Source of the DNA: an uncultured Bacteroidales bacterium
GTDB lineage: Bacteria; Bacteroidota; Bacteroidia; Bacteroidales; PWNQ01
Direction: 5' to 3'
Assembly (NCBI GenBank): GCA_964477095.1
Contig: CAYZDA010000005.1
Location: 12,703-76,702, forward strand
DNA: 64,000 bases
In this document: positions 1-10,408 of the stretch, in pieces
How positions within the stretch are numbered: position 1 is the first letter of the stretch
How the letters are laid out: every line of letters begins with the position of its first letter
Program-made: the position numbers and the translations under genes
The notes under the pieces: generated by a model
Told to the model about the DNA's origin: nothing
The model's input: only the letters and a program-made list of their open reading frames with translations
Database searches by the model: none

Positions 1-345
1 ATAAGACCAGGTCGCTTCAATCTCTCCTGATTCTCCGGACTCAACAATCTTAGCCACATTGCCTTTTACGTAGGTATATATTACTTTACCCTCCAGATTT
101 CCATCAGCATAATTTTCCCAAACCTCTTGAGTCAGTATGTTATCAGTGTACACATAAGAAGCTTTTTCCAGGATCCCTTCATCATTGTCTGACCATGTTT
201 TTACAATCAGGTTTCCATTGCTATCATAGGAATAGTCATACCAATCTTTATAATCGTCAGGAAAAAATTCCTCCCTAAGCAGTCTGCCGTTATTATCATA
301 GCTGATGTGTGCAACTTGAAGATATATGATATGCCAAACCACCAT
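1..345 (-). CDS. N-terminal part of a repeat protein running off the left edge (YD/RHS-like YDxNG repeats)
   Basis: Hand translation of the minus strand from the ATG at 345-343 stays open to base 1: MVVWHIIYLQVAHISYDNNGRLLREEFFPDDYKDWYDYSYDSNGNLIVKTWSDNDEG... The Y-D-x-N-G-x-L motif recurs. It is absent from the ORF track because there is no stop inside the window. The start codon is uncertain. Confidence 0.3.
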   Translation of the reverse strand, partial: MVVWHIIYLQVAHISYDNNGRLLREEFFPDDYKDWYDYSYDSNGNLIVKTWSDNDEGILEKASYVYTDNILTQEVWENYADGNLEGKVIYTYVKGNVAKIVESGESGEIEATWSY

Positions 346-424
346 TAGCGGAAGACCGGCACCGGCTAATGGTGGTTTACGCTAAAAAAACTTTGAAGAA
401 AATTGTGCAGTGGTTATCTGATAT

Positions 425-847
425 TTACTTTACTTCCAGCAGGAACTTTCTGTCAACCATACCGCCCGGTGTTTCAGTAGGGCGCTCCACGTATTTGATC
501 TCAAACTCTTTCCCGTAGTATTCGTGATCCGTATTGCCGGGCTGCAAGCTGTTAGCGAACTCCATTCCTTTCAGATTTTCACCAGGGAAAAGCTGTAATT
601 CATCAACTTCAGGAGTTTTGAAAACATAGGAAGTACCTGCCGTATTGGCAATCATGTACTGGAACTTAGCCTTTGTTGTTATCACTTCCTGCTCTTCCTT
701 GTTTGCTTCTGCATCCCTGTCATTCACTTGTTCGGTTGTTGTTTCATTGTCTGCTTCAGCAGTAGCATTGGTATCCTGCTGGCTGGAGTTGCATCCAAAG
801 AATACAACAATCATTGCTGCAATGCTTAAAATTTTAATCGTTTTCAT
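425..847 (-). CDS. small lipoprotein, function unknown
   Basis: 140-aa ORF. The N-terminus MKTIKILSIAAMIVVFFGC resembles a lipoprotein signal peptide with a lipobox Cys. An acidic linker follows. No family recognised. Confidence 0.5.
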   Translation of the reverse strand: MKTIKILSIAAMIVVFFGCNSSQQDTNATAEADNETTTEQVNDRDAEANKEEQEVITTKAKFQYMIANTAGTSYVFKTPEVDELQLFPGENLKGMEFANSLQPGNTDHEYYGKEFEIKYVERPTETPGGMVDRKFLLEVK

Positions 848-999
848 TTGCGTGTGTTTTTATTGGTGGATATTAATCTGTGGATTTGGTGCAATCTACA
901 ATCTTAATACGACTTAGAATGCTTTTTTCTTCCCTGCAAAAATACAGTATTTATATTGCCAGTGCGTTACTTTTTTATTGCTTATCAGTTCTCTCAATA

Positions 1000-2475
1000 T
1001 TACATCCAGCTTTTTTCTGAGGTTTCCGTGTGATACAGCAGGTAATCGTAGATATGTTTAGCCAGATCCTGATCAATGAATGGAATATTAATAGAGCCGG
1101 AAGCATTCATAATTTCTAAGCTGGCAAGTGATTTGCGTTTTTGAAAAAAGGATTGTTTGAATTCCACGGCTTGAATTTTGAATAATTCCATTTGCTTCCA
1201 TTTGTGCGATATGGCGCCGGAAGAAACCTGGATTTGCTCATTGACTATTTTGAAATAGCTTTTTTTGAGTTTCAGGAAACTATACCCGGCAGTGGCTAAA
1301 AGCCACAGACCTGCTATCAGCCAGAAAATCCAGTTATTAAACAATAACGGGCTTGCCAATAATATGGGCAACCAGCCTGTAAAAGTCCATAGTCGTTGGA
1401 AGTAGTATGGATTCGAATTGATTTTTGTTGATTCAGAGAATTGGTCTTCCCCGAATAAATCCGACTTCAGAAGTACTAAATGTTCCTTTAAACAACCCGG
1501 AGCATCAACTACCTGCTCATTTTTGGATTGTTTACTTACTGCTTGTTTAAATATCACTTTATATATCCCGAATAACCTTTTCAAGGGATCATTTACCCAG
1601 TTTAATTGCTGAATTTTACTGTGTTGCAATACCACATTTCGTTTATTGATGATTCCAGCTACAACACGGTAAGCATTTTCCCTTTTTAGTAATTTGAAGT
1701 CGAAATATTTCACCAGGGTGAGTATAAGAGAAATCAGGATCACCAAAATCAGAAAAAACAGTATCATAAAAATGATTATGGATAAGCCTGAACCCGACAT
1801 ATAATTTAAAAATTCATTTGAGTAACGGTCAGCCTGTTCCTTGAAAATGTCTTGAATATTATCGAAAATCTGAAAGGCGAAACCGATAACAATCAGGGCG
1901 GTAAGCAAGTGGTTCTGACTAATTCCAATCTTTAATAAATCAAGCGGGTTTAGTCTTAAAACCAACTTTTCCAAATTTGATGTCGAGGTTTCAAGCTGCT
2001 CTTCTGACCTGTGTGCTTCTGTTTTTTTACCGGCTAATATCTCACTTAAAGCATTGGCAAATGATATATTTAGGGCATGTATTTTAAGCTCTTTGCCTGA
2101 TGAACCTGCAGTATCGATTTCGAGGGTAACAACATCCAATATCTGTTGAATAAGATGTTGTTTGGTGTTCACACTCTGAATGCGTTCAATGGGAATAGAA
2201 AGCACTTTTCTACGCAAATATCCTTTTTTTAGGATAAACTCTCCATCTTTTATGTAAAAGTAAAAGGTTGAATAATAGAGAATGGAATGAATGATTAGAA
2301 GGGTTAATATGATCAATCCCGCTATTAGGAATATCTGGCTGTTGTTAAATACATTTTTCTGAACAAACAATACTAAAATTAAAGCCCAGACCATTTGAAT
2401 AAACTTGCGAACGGATTGAAGAAAAATGAGTACCAGTCCTTTTAGTGATTGGCGCGTTGGTGTACTTATATCCAT
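1000..2475 (-). CDS. YdbT-like membrane protein with repeated bacterial PH (bPH_2) domains
   Basis: 491-aa ORF in which TM hairpins alternate with soluble modules of about 80 aa. It lies immediately downstream of a YdbS-like gene, the classic ydbS-ydbT pairing. Confidence 0.55.
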   Translation of the reverse strand: MDISTPTRQSLKGLVLIFLQSVRKFIQMVWALILVLFVQKNVFNNSQIFLIAGLIILTLLIIHSILYYSTFYFYIKDGEFILKKGYLRRKVLSIPIERIQSVNTKQHLIQQILDVVTLEIDTAGSSGKELKIHALNISFANALSEILAGKKTEAHRSEEQLETSTSNLEKLVLRLNPLDLLKIGISQNHLLTALIVIGFAFQIFDNIQDIFKEQADRYSNEFLNYMSGSGLSIIIFMILFFLILVILISLILTLVKYFDFKLLKRENAYRVVAGIINKRNVVLQHSKIQQLNWVNDPLKRLFGIYKVIFKQAVSKQSKNEQVVDAPGCLKEHLVLLKSDLFGEDQFSESTKINSNPYYFQRLWTFTGWLPILLASPLLFNNWIFWLIAGLWLLATAGYSFLKLKKSYFKIVNEQIQVSSGAISHKWKQMELFKIQAVEFKQSFFQKRKSLASLEIMNASGSINIPFIDQDLAKHIYDYLLYHTETSEKSWM

Positions 2476-2521
2476 TTTAATAATCTTCTGTAAATGCCCT
2501 GCAGGCTATGATGACCCTAAT

Positions 2522-3115
2522 TTAAGAATTACTTTTATACTCGCTTATTCTTTCAGACAAGAAAGCTTTCAGGCTTTTAGCCACCTCTTCCGGTAAGCCG
2601 GATATGAATAAGTCGCTGGAGCTTCCTCCTGCCGTGTATATTTTCACAGCAGATAGTTTAAATAGCCCGGGAAGAAATCCCTGAATTACTTCAACATGCT
2701 GAATCCGGTTAAACGGAACAGTGGTTAGTTTGTAAATAATCAGACCTCTTTGGAATGAAATATCCTTTTCACGGATCAGGTAACCCTTACGGGGAAATGC
2801 TAAAATGCTAAATGTTACTGATAAAACAACAAGGGCAGTGAGAATTGAAATGATAATAATACTCACAGTTTTAGGAATATTTTCACCTGAAATAAACAGA
2901 AAGGCAACATAAGCAGCAGTCATCACAAAATATACAATTGCTGACCGGATGTAAGTTATGTTTAATTGTTTTTTGTCAAGCGGATTGAATGTTGTCTTGT
3001 CAATTTCCGGCAGTTTTTGTGGAAGTACTATCGAATTGGAGAAATTTTCCATTAATTCACTGTTGATTTTATTGTTAGATACATTATGGATACAAAAATA
3101 TGATTTTTTATTCAT
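2522..3115 (-). CDS. YdbS-like membrane protein with one bPH_2 domain
   Basis: 197-aa ORF with two TM helices followed by a PH-like module (...FQRGLIIYKLTTVPFNRIQHVEV...). The true start may be the internal Met at 3052. Confidence 0.55.
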   Translation of the reverse strand: MNKKSYFCIHNVSNNKINSELMENFSNSIVLPQKLPEIDKTTFNPLDKKQLNITYIRSAIVYFVMTAAYVAFLFISGENIPKTVSIIIISILTALVVLSVTFSILAFPRKGYLIREKDISFQRGLIIYKLTTVPFNRIQHVEVIQGFLPGLFKLSAVKIYTAGGSSSDLFISGLPEEVAKSLKAFLSERISEYKSNS

Positions 3116-3150
3116 GTTGCCCGGTAAAGACTTCGCAAGCTGCCCACGGT

Positions 3151-4251
3151 TTAGGTACGGGCATTCCTGTTATATTTTATATCGGTTACTTCTAATTTCA
3201 ACCAGGTCCAGTCGCCTTTATCAAGTTTCCAGGTTGATTTCATTTCATAGGGGACCTTAATACCTTCAAATGATCTGTAGCCGGTAATGTCCATTCTCCA
3301 GTCGTGTCTTTTTGCGTTTGCTGCATTTCCCTTGTAGCGTAAAGCAGAAAACCTGACGACATCTCCATCGGCATTAAAATGAAATATGCCGCTTCCTGTG
3401 GTGCCTTTATAGGTCATTGTAGCTTTTGCCTTATTATTGTCTATTTGTTTCCAACTGATGTATGGACTTAGCGCCAGGGAAGGAAACCAAACCATTTCTC
3501 CCAGGTAACGCTGTAAGGTTCCTTCATCCAGTTTGTCGCCTTTTTCATTTACAACATTCATCAATGCGTTCATCTTAATCAACATACTACCTTTGCCGTT
3601 TTCAAACTTATCTCTGCCAACTGCATATAGCAGGCTATTCATTTTAACATCTACCGTCCAGATAAAAGCAGGCCTGTCAATTGTTGTATATTGTACAGCC
3701 CTGGCAGCCATCCATTCTTTCTGTTCAGGTTTCAATTTCATTTCGGCTTTCTGAGTCACTTTACCCATGCTGATAAATGCCTGTCCCATGACACCAGAGT
3801 TGCGAAGCCAGTTTTTCACAGGTTCTGGTAAGGTTTCAATGTCGTTTTCAGTGATAAGCTTGCTTGTTGCTTTCTTATTCTGAGTTAATAAATGGCTGGT
3901 TTCCTGCTGAACCATTCTCTGAAAATTAAAGTGTCCGAATGAAATCAGTACCACCACTAAGATCAGCAAATTGGGTAAAGCACCGAATTTGGCATCCTGC
4001 CAGAAAAGAATGATAAGCGTTTGGGAAATTACCACAGCCACAAGACCGGCCAACCAGGCATATTTTGAATTGAGAATGTGTAATATTCCAAACGTAATAA
4101 TAAAAACGGCTGCTGCCAGCCAGAGCGATGCCATTGGTTTTGTTATTGGCAGAGTAAGCTCCTTTACTTCTTTTATATCAAAGCCTTTTATAAATCCCAA
4201 CAGGTGGATCAGGCCATGAAACAAAACAATTATTAAAAATGCTACTCTCAT
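3151..4251 (-). CDS. membrane protein, DUF6544-like C-terminal domain
   Basis: 366-aa ORF with four N-terminal TM helices. The soluble part (LPEPVKNWLRNSG...GRDKFENGKGSMLIKM...RYLGEMVWFPSLAL) resembles DUF6544, recalled from memory only. Confidence 0.35.
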   Translation of the reverse strand: MRVAFLIIVLFHGLIHLLGFIKGFDIKEVKELTLPITKPMASLWLAAAVFIITFGILHILNSKYAWLAGLVAVVISQTLIILFWQDAKFGALPNLLILVVVLISFGHFNFQRMVQQETSHLLTQNKKATSKLITENDIETLPEPVKNWLRNSGVMGQAFISMGKVTQKAEMKLKPEQKEWMAARAVQYTTIDRPAFIWTVDVKMNSLLYAVGRDKFENGKGSMLIKMNALMNVVNEKGDKLDEGTLQRYLGEMVWFPSLALSPYISWKQIDNNKAKATMTYKGTTGSGIFHFNADGDVVRFSALRYKGNAANAKRHDWRMDITGYRSFEGIKVPYEMKSTWKLDKGDWTWLKLEVTDIKYNRNART

Positions 4252-4309
4252 GATTATTTATTGTTGGTTAAATCGTGTTTTATGTTTTGCCACTAATGTC
4301 GTAAGGAAA

Positions 4310-4789
4310 TTACTGTGCGTTTTCCTGCTTGCCGGTGGCCAATTGCAAATCCTTTTCAAGATAAATCATATCAATAAGTTGGATGTCGCCTTCAAACATG
4401 GGGTGGTCGTAATTGTCTGTAAAGAAATTTTTTACCCGCTGTGACAGTTTGAACCCACAACTTTCATAAAACGACAGTATTGCAGGTGTTTCCCCTGTGC
4501 CCACAAGCATTGTTTTGTAGTCGGTTTTGTAGAGATCAGAAATGAATTTTATCAAAGCTCTTCCATAACCCAGCCCCTGATATTTTTCAAAGGTCGCTAT
4601 GTTTTTTAACTCGCAGGTTTCATTGTTTACGGCTGCCACAACGCAAACACTTTTCAGATCACCGTCATATAAAGCAAATAAGTCTCCGTCCGGTAAATAT
4701 TTGTCGATCATATCTTCCTGCTCGTCAGCCAGCAACAATAAGTCGAGGAATCGCTTTTTATTTTCAGTAATCTTTTCAATTTTAACCAT
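4310..4789 (-). CDS. GNAT family N-acetyltransferase
   Basis: 159-aa ORF with the acetyl-CoA binding motif [11 protein letters not shown]. Confidence 0.7.
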   Translation of the reverse strand: MVKIEKITENKKRFLDLLLLADEQEDMIDKYLPDGDLFALYDGDLKSVCVVAAVNNETCELKNIATFEKYQGLGYGRALIKFISDLYKTDYKTMLVGTGETPAILSFYESCGFKLSQRVKNFFTDNYDHPMFEGDIQLIDMIYLEKDLQLATGKQENAQ

Positions 4790-5071
4790 TCTCTGTTTTT
4801 TTTAATGCATTGGAAAACGTGGTTTTCTGCCATATTACTTCATTATTGGCCCATAACTTGTCTTTTAAAAGGCAGGTTTACAGGTTACAGACCCGTAGGT
4901 GAAAAGACCCAATAAAAGACAGATGTGAAGAGCTATATTATTGAGGTATTTTGCTCTTCAAAATTAGGAAATAGATCATATTATACTAAAAAGAATGCTC
5001 TTAGTTGGACGATTATATTTAAGAAGATATGCAAGGGAGGATAGGCTACCGTAAGCAGCTGAAACTCCCGG

Positions 5072-6583
5072 CTATGAGAAGTCAGTCCAGGAGCTGTTAT
5101 CGTTGTAGTTTTCAACGGGAAGCGTTTGAGTGCTATGTTGATAAGCGCTTAGCAGTGTAGCAATTTCCAGTCTGATCATATCAATACTGCTGTTTGTTAA
5201 ATCCTGGCGGAAGCCTTTATGGGCCAGTGCGGCCACATAATCTGCTGCTACAATACGGCTGATTGTTTTTCCAAGTAATACTTGTTTGCGCTGGGGTATT
5301 TTCTCTTCCACATTAAAATTGATCAGGGATTTAAAATGAGTTGCAGTAAGCTGTGTTAATTCGTAATCTTTCAAATATTCAGCAAGATTTGTAAGTTTTT
5401 TGCGGCGCATTTGCTTCAGCAGCATTTCGGCAATCTGGGTGTAAAGCATTTCATTGGAACCTTCAAATACCATAAAAGGCCTGGAATCGATGATCCCGCG
5501 TGAGGCGATGCTTTCAACCTTATAGCCGTTGGCACCATAGAGCTGGGTTAGTATCTGTGCGGATTCCTGCATTAATTCAGTAACATAGGCTTTCATGGTG
5601 TTGGCTTCCACAGTTTTGCCGGATAGGTCGTGCTCTATGCCGCTGGCTTCAGTACTGCGTGAACACATGGCAGAGCTTACCGTAAAAGCAGTTTGTATGC
5701 GTGCCAGCTGCTGCTTTACCTGATCCAGGTCAATAAGGGGCCTGCCGCGTATGATTCGTTGTTGTGTATGCGCAACAGCATCATCCATCAACCTTCGGAT
5801 AAAGCCAACAGCCATACCGGGAAACTGAAAACGGCTACGGTGCAGCAGGTCCATGATCAGCTTCAGTCCTGTGCTTTCAGGTTGTAGCTTTTGCTCCTCA
5901 GGTACATGGATATCAATTCTGTTTTTGCCGTAAGGAATAGGATACAGCCCTATATTATTATACAGTTCTTCTACCTTGATGATTTGTTCAGGCTGCTGCG
6001 AGTCGGTAATGAAAAAATCAATATCACGGTTTAGCTCTCCTCCGGGCAGTTTTTCGCGGGAGGTCATCAGCCAGTAGTCGGCTATTCCGGTTAATCCCTG
6101 CCAGTGTTTTACACCTTTGATGTGATATTTGGATCCTTTTTTTTCATTGAATGTCTGCATGTTCAGCGCATCACTGCCATATCCTGGTTCGGTGATCATA
6201 AGCCCGCCCATATTCTGATGCTTCAGAAAGCGCCGGAAGACATCAGTCTTAATTGCTTCCCTGGCATATTTGTTTACCGGTCCCAGAAAAAGCCCGATAT
6301 TGATTCCAAACATTAAGGATAAGGGCAGTGATTCATAAGATGCTGCATCTAATATACCCAAAACTTCTTTTGTTTTAGCTCCACGGCCTCCATACTGTTT
6401 GGGGATAGCTACCGAAAATGGATTGGTAGCCATAATATCCCGCAATACGATAGCCGGAAAACCGCGTTGCTGGATAAATTCTTTTATATCATGCCTTTCG
6501 TGAAAGACGCTTTTTAAAGTTTGTTTGAAGTTTTGAATGAATTCTGTGAAAGAAGATATTTCTTCTGTTGCATTGTTTGTCAT
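5072..6583 (-). CDS. acyl-CoA dehydrogenase family protein
   Basis: 503-aa ORF. It carries ACAD-like blocks (MITEPGYGSDA, FEGSNEMLYTQIAE) and an extended C-terminus. Confidence 0.7.
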   Translation of the reverse strand: MTNNATEEISSFTEFIQNFKQTLKSVFHERHDIKEFIQQRGFPAIVLRDIMATNPFSVAIPKQYGGRGAKTKEVLGILDAASYESLPLSLMFGINIGLFLGPVNKYAREAIKTDVFRRFLKHQNMGGLMITEPGYGSDALNMQTFNEKKGSKYHIKGVKHWQGLTGIADYWLMTSREKLPGGELNRDIDFFITDSQQPEQIIKVEELYNNIGLYPIPYGKNRIDIHVPEEQKLQPESTGLKLIMDLLHRSRFQFPGMAVGFIRRLMDDAVAHTQQRIIRGRPLIDLDQVKQQLARIQTAFTVSSAMCSRSTEASGIEHDLSGKTVEANTMKAYVTELMQESAQILTQLYGANGYKVESIASRGIIDSRPFMVFEGSNEMLYTQIAEMLLKQMRRKKLTNLAEYLKDYELTQLTATHFKSLINFNVEEKIPQRKQVLLGKTISRIVAADYVAALAHKGFRQDLTNSSIDMIRLEIATLLSAYQHSTQTLPVENYNDNSSWTDFS

Positions 6584-7102
6584 TATATGATTTGATCCTT
6601 TTATTTGTCTGACATTACTTTATTGAAGAAAGTATTGAGCTAATCTTTATAACAATTTAAACAATATGATGTTTGATTAAGGCCTGAAATTCAATTCAGT
6701 TTTGTTTGTATTAAGCCTGAGACTAATCCGAAAAACATTTCGCATTATTTAGAAGGTTGAAGATAATTGCCGTCTCACTTTGATTGGATAGTTTCGAATT
6801 CAAACGGCTGAGAAACTGTAGAATACCTGAGCGTGCTGTCAGCTTTAAAAGCAGCATAATGTTCAGCTTTCAGCATAGTGTCGCCCGAAGTATTGTTGCG
6901 GAAATACTTTTTGGTTGCGTTCACCTTTTTACCGGAAACTCATAAGTTAATTCGGGTATTGAACGAACAAATGTGAAAGCTTAGAATGGGAAGATAAGCA
7001 AAACGTGATGTAATGGCTGAGCTGAGAATGGGGATATACAGCACAGGTGATAATTGGAACCTAACCGTACTAATGGTATCAGCCTGCAACGCCAGCGGTG
7101 AG

Positions 7103-7262
7103 TGCGGCAGGGCGGAGGCGGAAAGCCCGGCAGCAATTGAAGCGATGCTGCTGCCCCGGTGGCAGAGCGACAACAGGAGCTCCTGTCCACGGGTTGCAGC
7201 AGCACGCTGAAATGATGCCGGCTTGCAGCCGCAGACCGACCGCCGGCAGGCGGGCCGCCCTG
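7103..7262 (+). repeat. GC-rich structured repeat, copy A
   Basis: It shares ordered blocks with the reverse complement of 27232-27380: TGCGGCAGGGCG, GTGGCAGAGCG, GAGCTCCTGTCCAC, TGCAGC and a terminal GCCGCCC. It is intergenic and much more GC-rich than its flanks. Confidence 0.5.
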
Positions 7263-7365
7263 ATTAAATCATTTTTTCAGAAGGGAAGCTGCGCCGGACT
7301 GTTATCTAACTTTTCCCCGCTTAACTTGTTTGAAGATGTAAGCACACATTTAAAAAACTGAAACT

Positions 7366-7797
7366 ATGAGTAAACACAAATCATCAGCTGTATGGAAAGG
7401 CAATCTGCCAAAAGGAAGTGGAACCATGAACGTGGGAGAGGGTGCCTGGGAAGGTAAATTCTCTGCCAGGTCACGTTTTGAAGGCGGAGAGGGGAGTAGC
7501 CCGGAGGAACTGATCGCCGCGGCACATGCCGGCTGTTTTTCCATGGCTTTTTCTCATGCCCTGGCAGAATCAGGTTTTGAGCCTGAGCAGGTAAATACCA
7601 AAGCCGAAGCTACCATTGAAAAGGTGGAGGGTGGCTTTGCCATCACCAAAATCCATCTGACAACCAAAGGAAAGGTGAAAGATATTGAAGAGGACAAATT
7701 TATGGAGATCGCCAATGAGGCCAAGGAAAATTGCCCGGTGTCCAAAGCTCTCAAGCAGGGGGTGGAGATTTCCATGGATGCCAGTTTGGAAAACTGA
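7366..7797 (+). CDS. osmC: OsmC family peroxiredoxin
   Basis: 143-aa ORF. It has OsmC hallmarks: an N-terminal AVWKGNL...GSG block and the two conserved Cys contexts AHAGCFSMAF and NCPVSKAL. Confidence 0.85.
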   Translation: MSKHKSSAVWKGNLPKGSGTMNVGEGAWEGKFSARSRFEGGEGSSPEELIAAAHAGCFSMAFSHALAESGFEPEQVNTKAEATIEKVEGGFAITKIHLTTKGKVKDIEEDKFMEIANEAKENCPVSKALKQGVEISMDASLEN

Positions 7798-7848
7798 TAG
7801 TCCTCACAATAGTATTGTCTTCATCAGGGATTGTTCCCTGTGATATAA

Positions 7849-7885
7849 CCAGACGGGTTTCAATGCCTGTCTGGTTTTTGTTTTT
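7849..7885 (+). terminator. rho-independent terminator after osmC
   Basis: Hairpin CCAGACGGG-N8-CCTGTCTGG is followed by TTTTTGTTTTT. Confidence 0.6.
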
Positions 7886-7948
7886 GACAAACGGCGGGCA
7901 GGTAACGGTTGGCCCGCGGCTTATTTAAGTGCAGTGCTATTTCCTCCG

Positions 7949-8995
7949 TTAATCTTCCTTGTTTTTCTTCTGATCTTTATCCCGCTTTTCGGCTTTCTTT
8001 TTTGTGTATTCTTTGGCTTGCTTTTCGCTGTATTCGCCGGCTACATGATCAGCAAAGAATGCCCCACGCTTACCCATGGGCTTTTCGTCGCCCACAGTGG
8101 TATCCCTGCGGGTTTGATGCTCCAGTTCGGTATTGATTACTGCTCCGAGCATGATCACGAAAGATGTGAGGAAGAACCATAGCATCAATATGATGATGGC
8201 TGCAAAGCTGCCGTAGGTATTGTCAAAGTTGGTGAAGTTATTGATATAGATGGAAAATAATATGGATCCTCCCAGCCACAACAGGGTGGAGATAACGGCT
8301 CCCCAGCTCACCCAGGGAATGCGGGGGGATTTGCGTTGTGGAGCTATTTTGTAGGTAAAGCCCAGAAAAAGCATGATGCCCACAGCTATCAGCGGCCACC
8401 GCAGCCACACGACTATATCATGCAGGGTTTCTGACAAAGGCAACCAGTCAACCACAGCGGGAATACCGGCTACCAACACCAGTCCGATAATAATAGCTAT
8501 GATCCCGCCTATGGTAAACAGCAGGGTGACTCCGAATTTTTGAAAGATATTTCTTTTATTGGGTTCATTATACACGATGTTAATCCCTTCAAACAAGGCT
8601 ACTGTTCCGCGATTGGCTAAGAAAAGTGTTATAATTGATGAAAATATCAGGCTGAAACTCAGTGCTTCCTGCGATTTTCCTACAAGGTTTGTAAGGAAAT
8701 CGGATAATATCTTTTGCGCATCAGCAGGAAGAATATTGGTCAGCATGGAGATCTGTTCCTGTATTTGTGTCATATCAGTTACCAGACCGTAAATTGATAC
8801 CAGAGCAGCCATTATGGGGAACAGCGACATGAAAAAGAAGAAAGCCACACCTGCTGAAATCACCCGCACATGATTCTTACCCAAACTGTTCTTGATTCTT
8901 TTAGCAATTTGTTTCCAGCCTTTCAGGGGAATATATTTTGGCCTTGGAGCTTCTTTCCCCCGCTTATGATTATCATGCTTTTTGTTATTTGTCAT
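7949..8995 (-). CDS. YihY/BrkB family membrane protein
   Basis: 348-aa ORF. Multiple TM helices with a typical YihY N-terminal block (VISAGVAFFFFMSLFPIMAAL). Lys-rich C-terminal tail. Confidence 0.7.
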   Translation of the reverse strand: MTNNKKHDNHKRGKEAPRPKYIPLKGWKQIAKRIKNSLGKNHVRVISAGVAFFFFMSLFPIMAALVSIYGLVTDMTQIQEQISMLTNILPADAQKILSDFLTNLVGKSQEALSFSLIFSSIITLFLANRGTVALFEGINIVYNEPNKRNIFQKFGVTLLFTIGGIIAIIIGLVLVAGIPAVVDWLPLSETLHDIVVWLRWPLIAVGIMLFLGFTYKIAPQRKSPRIPWVSWGAVISTLLWLGGSILFSIYINNFTNFDNTYGSFAAIIILMLWFFLTSFVIMLGAVINTELEHQTRRDTTVGDEKPMGKRGAFFADHVAGEYSEKQAKEYTKKKAEKRDKDQKKNKED

Positions 8996-9248
8996 CGCAT
9001 TATGCTTTGATGTTTTATTACAATTCTGCCATTAGTTTGGTAAAACAGACACCGTTTTCATATATGATGTTACAGGCTTGTTTCTGCACCACCATCCGGA
9101 ATAAAGCTGTTAATCTTTTTAATGGCTTTTATCCGTGCCACGCCTTATTCCCCGCCCTTTACTGGTGGCGCCTGTTTCATGTTTGCTGCTGCTTCTTTTC
9201 TTCTTCAGAATAAAGTATTCTTAGGAATATATGTGGTGTTTTTGTTAT

Positions 9249-10349
9249 TTACTGCTGATAGATCCGGTAGATTTTTCCGGCATGATCATCGGACACCAGT
9301 AATGACCCGTCGCTCATGATCTCTACATCCACCGGGCGCCCCCAGGCTTCTTCTCCTTGCAGCCAGCCCGAAGCAAACACTTCTTTATCCCCTGCTGCAC
9401 CATTGTTAACAGGTACAAACATCACGCGGTAACCAATCTTACTGCTGCGATTCCAGGAACCGTGTTCGGCAAAGAAGATACCGTTGTGATATTTCTGCGG
9501 AAACATATCAGCAGTGTAAAATCTCATGCCCAGTGCAGCTACATGTGCCTCCAGCTTCACTTCAGGTTTCTTCCATTTAAAATCCTTTGGTCTTTTTTGC
9601 CAAAACTGTGGATCTGTAATGCTGTCGCCATGTACATACGGATAGCCGAAGTGCTGTCCGGTGGCAGTGAGCTTATTGATCTCATCCGGTGGCTTATGAT
9701 CGCCCATATGGTCTCGGCCGTTTTCAGTAAACCACAACACACCGGTTTGAGGATGCCAGTCGAATCCTACTGTATTTCTTACACCATGTGCGATAATCTC
9801 CATATTGCTGCCATCGGGATTAATCCTTGTGATGGAAGCAAAGATGCTGTCCTGGCTCAGGCAGATATTGCATGGCGCACCAACAGGAACATACAGTTTA
9901 TCATCGGGTCCGAATTTGATGAATTTCCAGCCGTGAGCAGCCTCATCGGGATACTGATCTGTTATCACTACGGGTTCAGGCGGATCATCCAGATGGTTCA
10001 GAATATCCGGGTATTTAAGTATTCTGGATACCGCTGACACATACAGATCACCCTGATAAATATCCACGCCGGCGGGTGAACTAATGTTTTCGTCCAACAC
10101 AATCACTTCCCGCTCACCGGCAGTAACGGCATATATTTTACCGGCCGACCTGGAGCCGACAAAGAGTGTTCCGTCATCGGCAAGCACCATAGCACGTGCA
10201 TTGGGAATGTCTTCCACGTAAACTTCGATATGGAAGCCGGATGGAAGTTCAATCAGATCAATATTCTGATTGCCGTTGTTATCATTATCCTGGCATGAAG
10301 TGAGCACAGGCATGATCATCAGCAAGCAGCCAATAAAGTTTATGTTCAT
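9249..10349 (-). CDS. PQQ-dependent sugar (glucose/sorbosone) dehydrogenase
   Basis: 366-aa ORF with a signal peptide. The beta-propeller sequence is typical of the sorbosone dehydrogenase family (HGWKFIKFGPDDKLYV, RNTVGFDWHP, WFTENGRD). Confidence 0.7.
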   Translation of the reverse strand: MNINFIGCLLMIMPVLTSCQDNDNNGNQNIDLIELPSGFHIEVYVEDIPNARAMVLADDGTLFVGSRSAGKIYAVTAGEREVIVLDENISSPAGVDIYQGDLYVSAVSRILKYPDILNHLDDPPEPVVITDQYPDEAAHGWKFIKFGPDDKLYVPVGAPCNICLSQDSIFASITRINPDGSNMEIIAHGVRNTVGFDWHPQTGVLWFTENGRDHMGDHKPPDEINKLTATGQHFGYPYVHGDSITDPQFWQKRPKDFKWKKPEVKLEAHVAALGMRFYTADMFPQKYHNGIFFAEHGSWNRSSKIGYRVMFVPVNNGAAGDKEVFASGWLQGEEAWGRPVDVEIMSDGSLLVSDDHAGKIYRIYQQ

Positions 10350-10408
10350 GACAGTAGTGTTTGATACAAGTGCTGATGCCGGGAATCATCCCGGCAACAG
10401 TGAGTATT

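Noticed and set aside
336-378. 14-bp perfect inverted repeat AAACCACCATTAGC-N15-GCTAATGGTGGTTT downstream of the lipoprotein gene
   Set aside because: It is real in the sequence, but the T-run lies on the wrong side for the minus-strand gene, and the repeat overlaps the putative start of the edge ORF. Too ambiguous to call a terminator or regulatory site.
7015-7095. TPP-riboswitch-like words (CTGAGA ... GGAACCTAACCGTACTAATGGTA) and an RNase-P-like GGCGGAAAGCCCGGC just downstream
   Set aside because: Only short word similarity exists. The P4/P5 pairing of the TPP aptamer cannot be drawn, and the downstream gene (osmC) is not a thiamine gene. The other universally conserved RNase P segments are absent.
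6940-7544. Six overlapping 64-87-aa ORFs on both strands (6940..7173, 6981..7205, 7013..7210, 7098..7361, 7350..7544 and others)
   Set aside because: They lie in or next to the GC-rich repeat, overlap one another in several frames, and are rich in Ala/Arg/Pro/Ser as expected from composition. No start context or family resemblance. Treated as composition artefacts.
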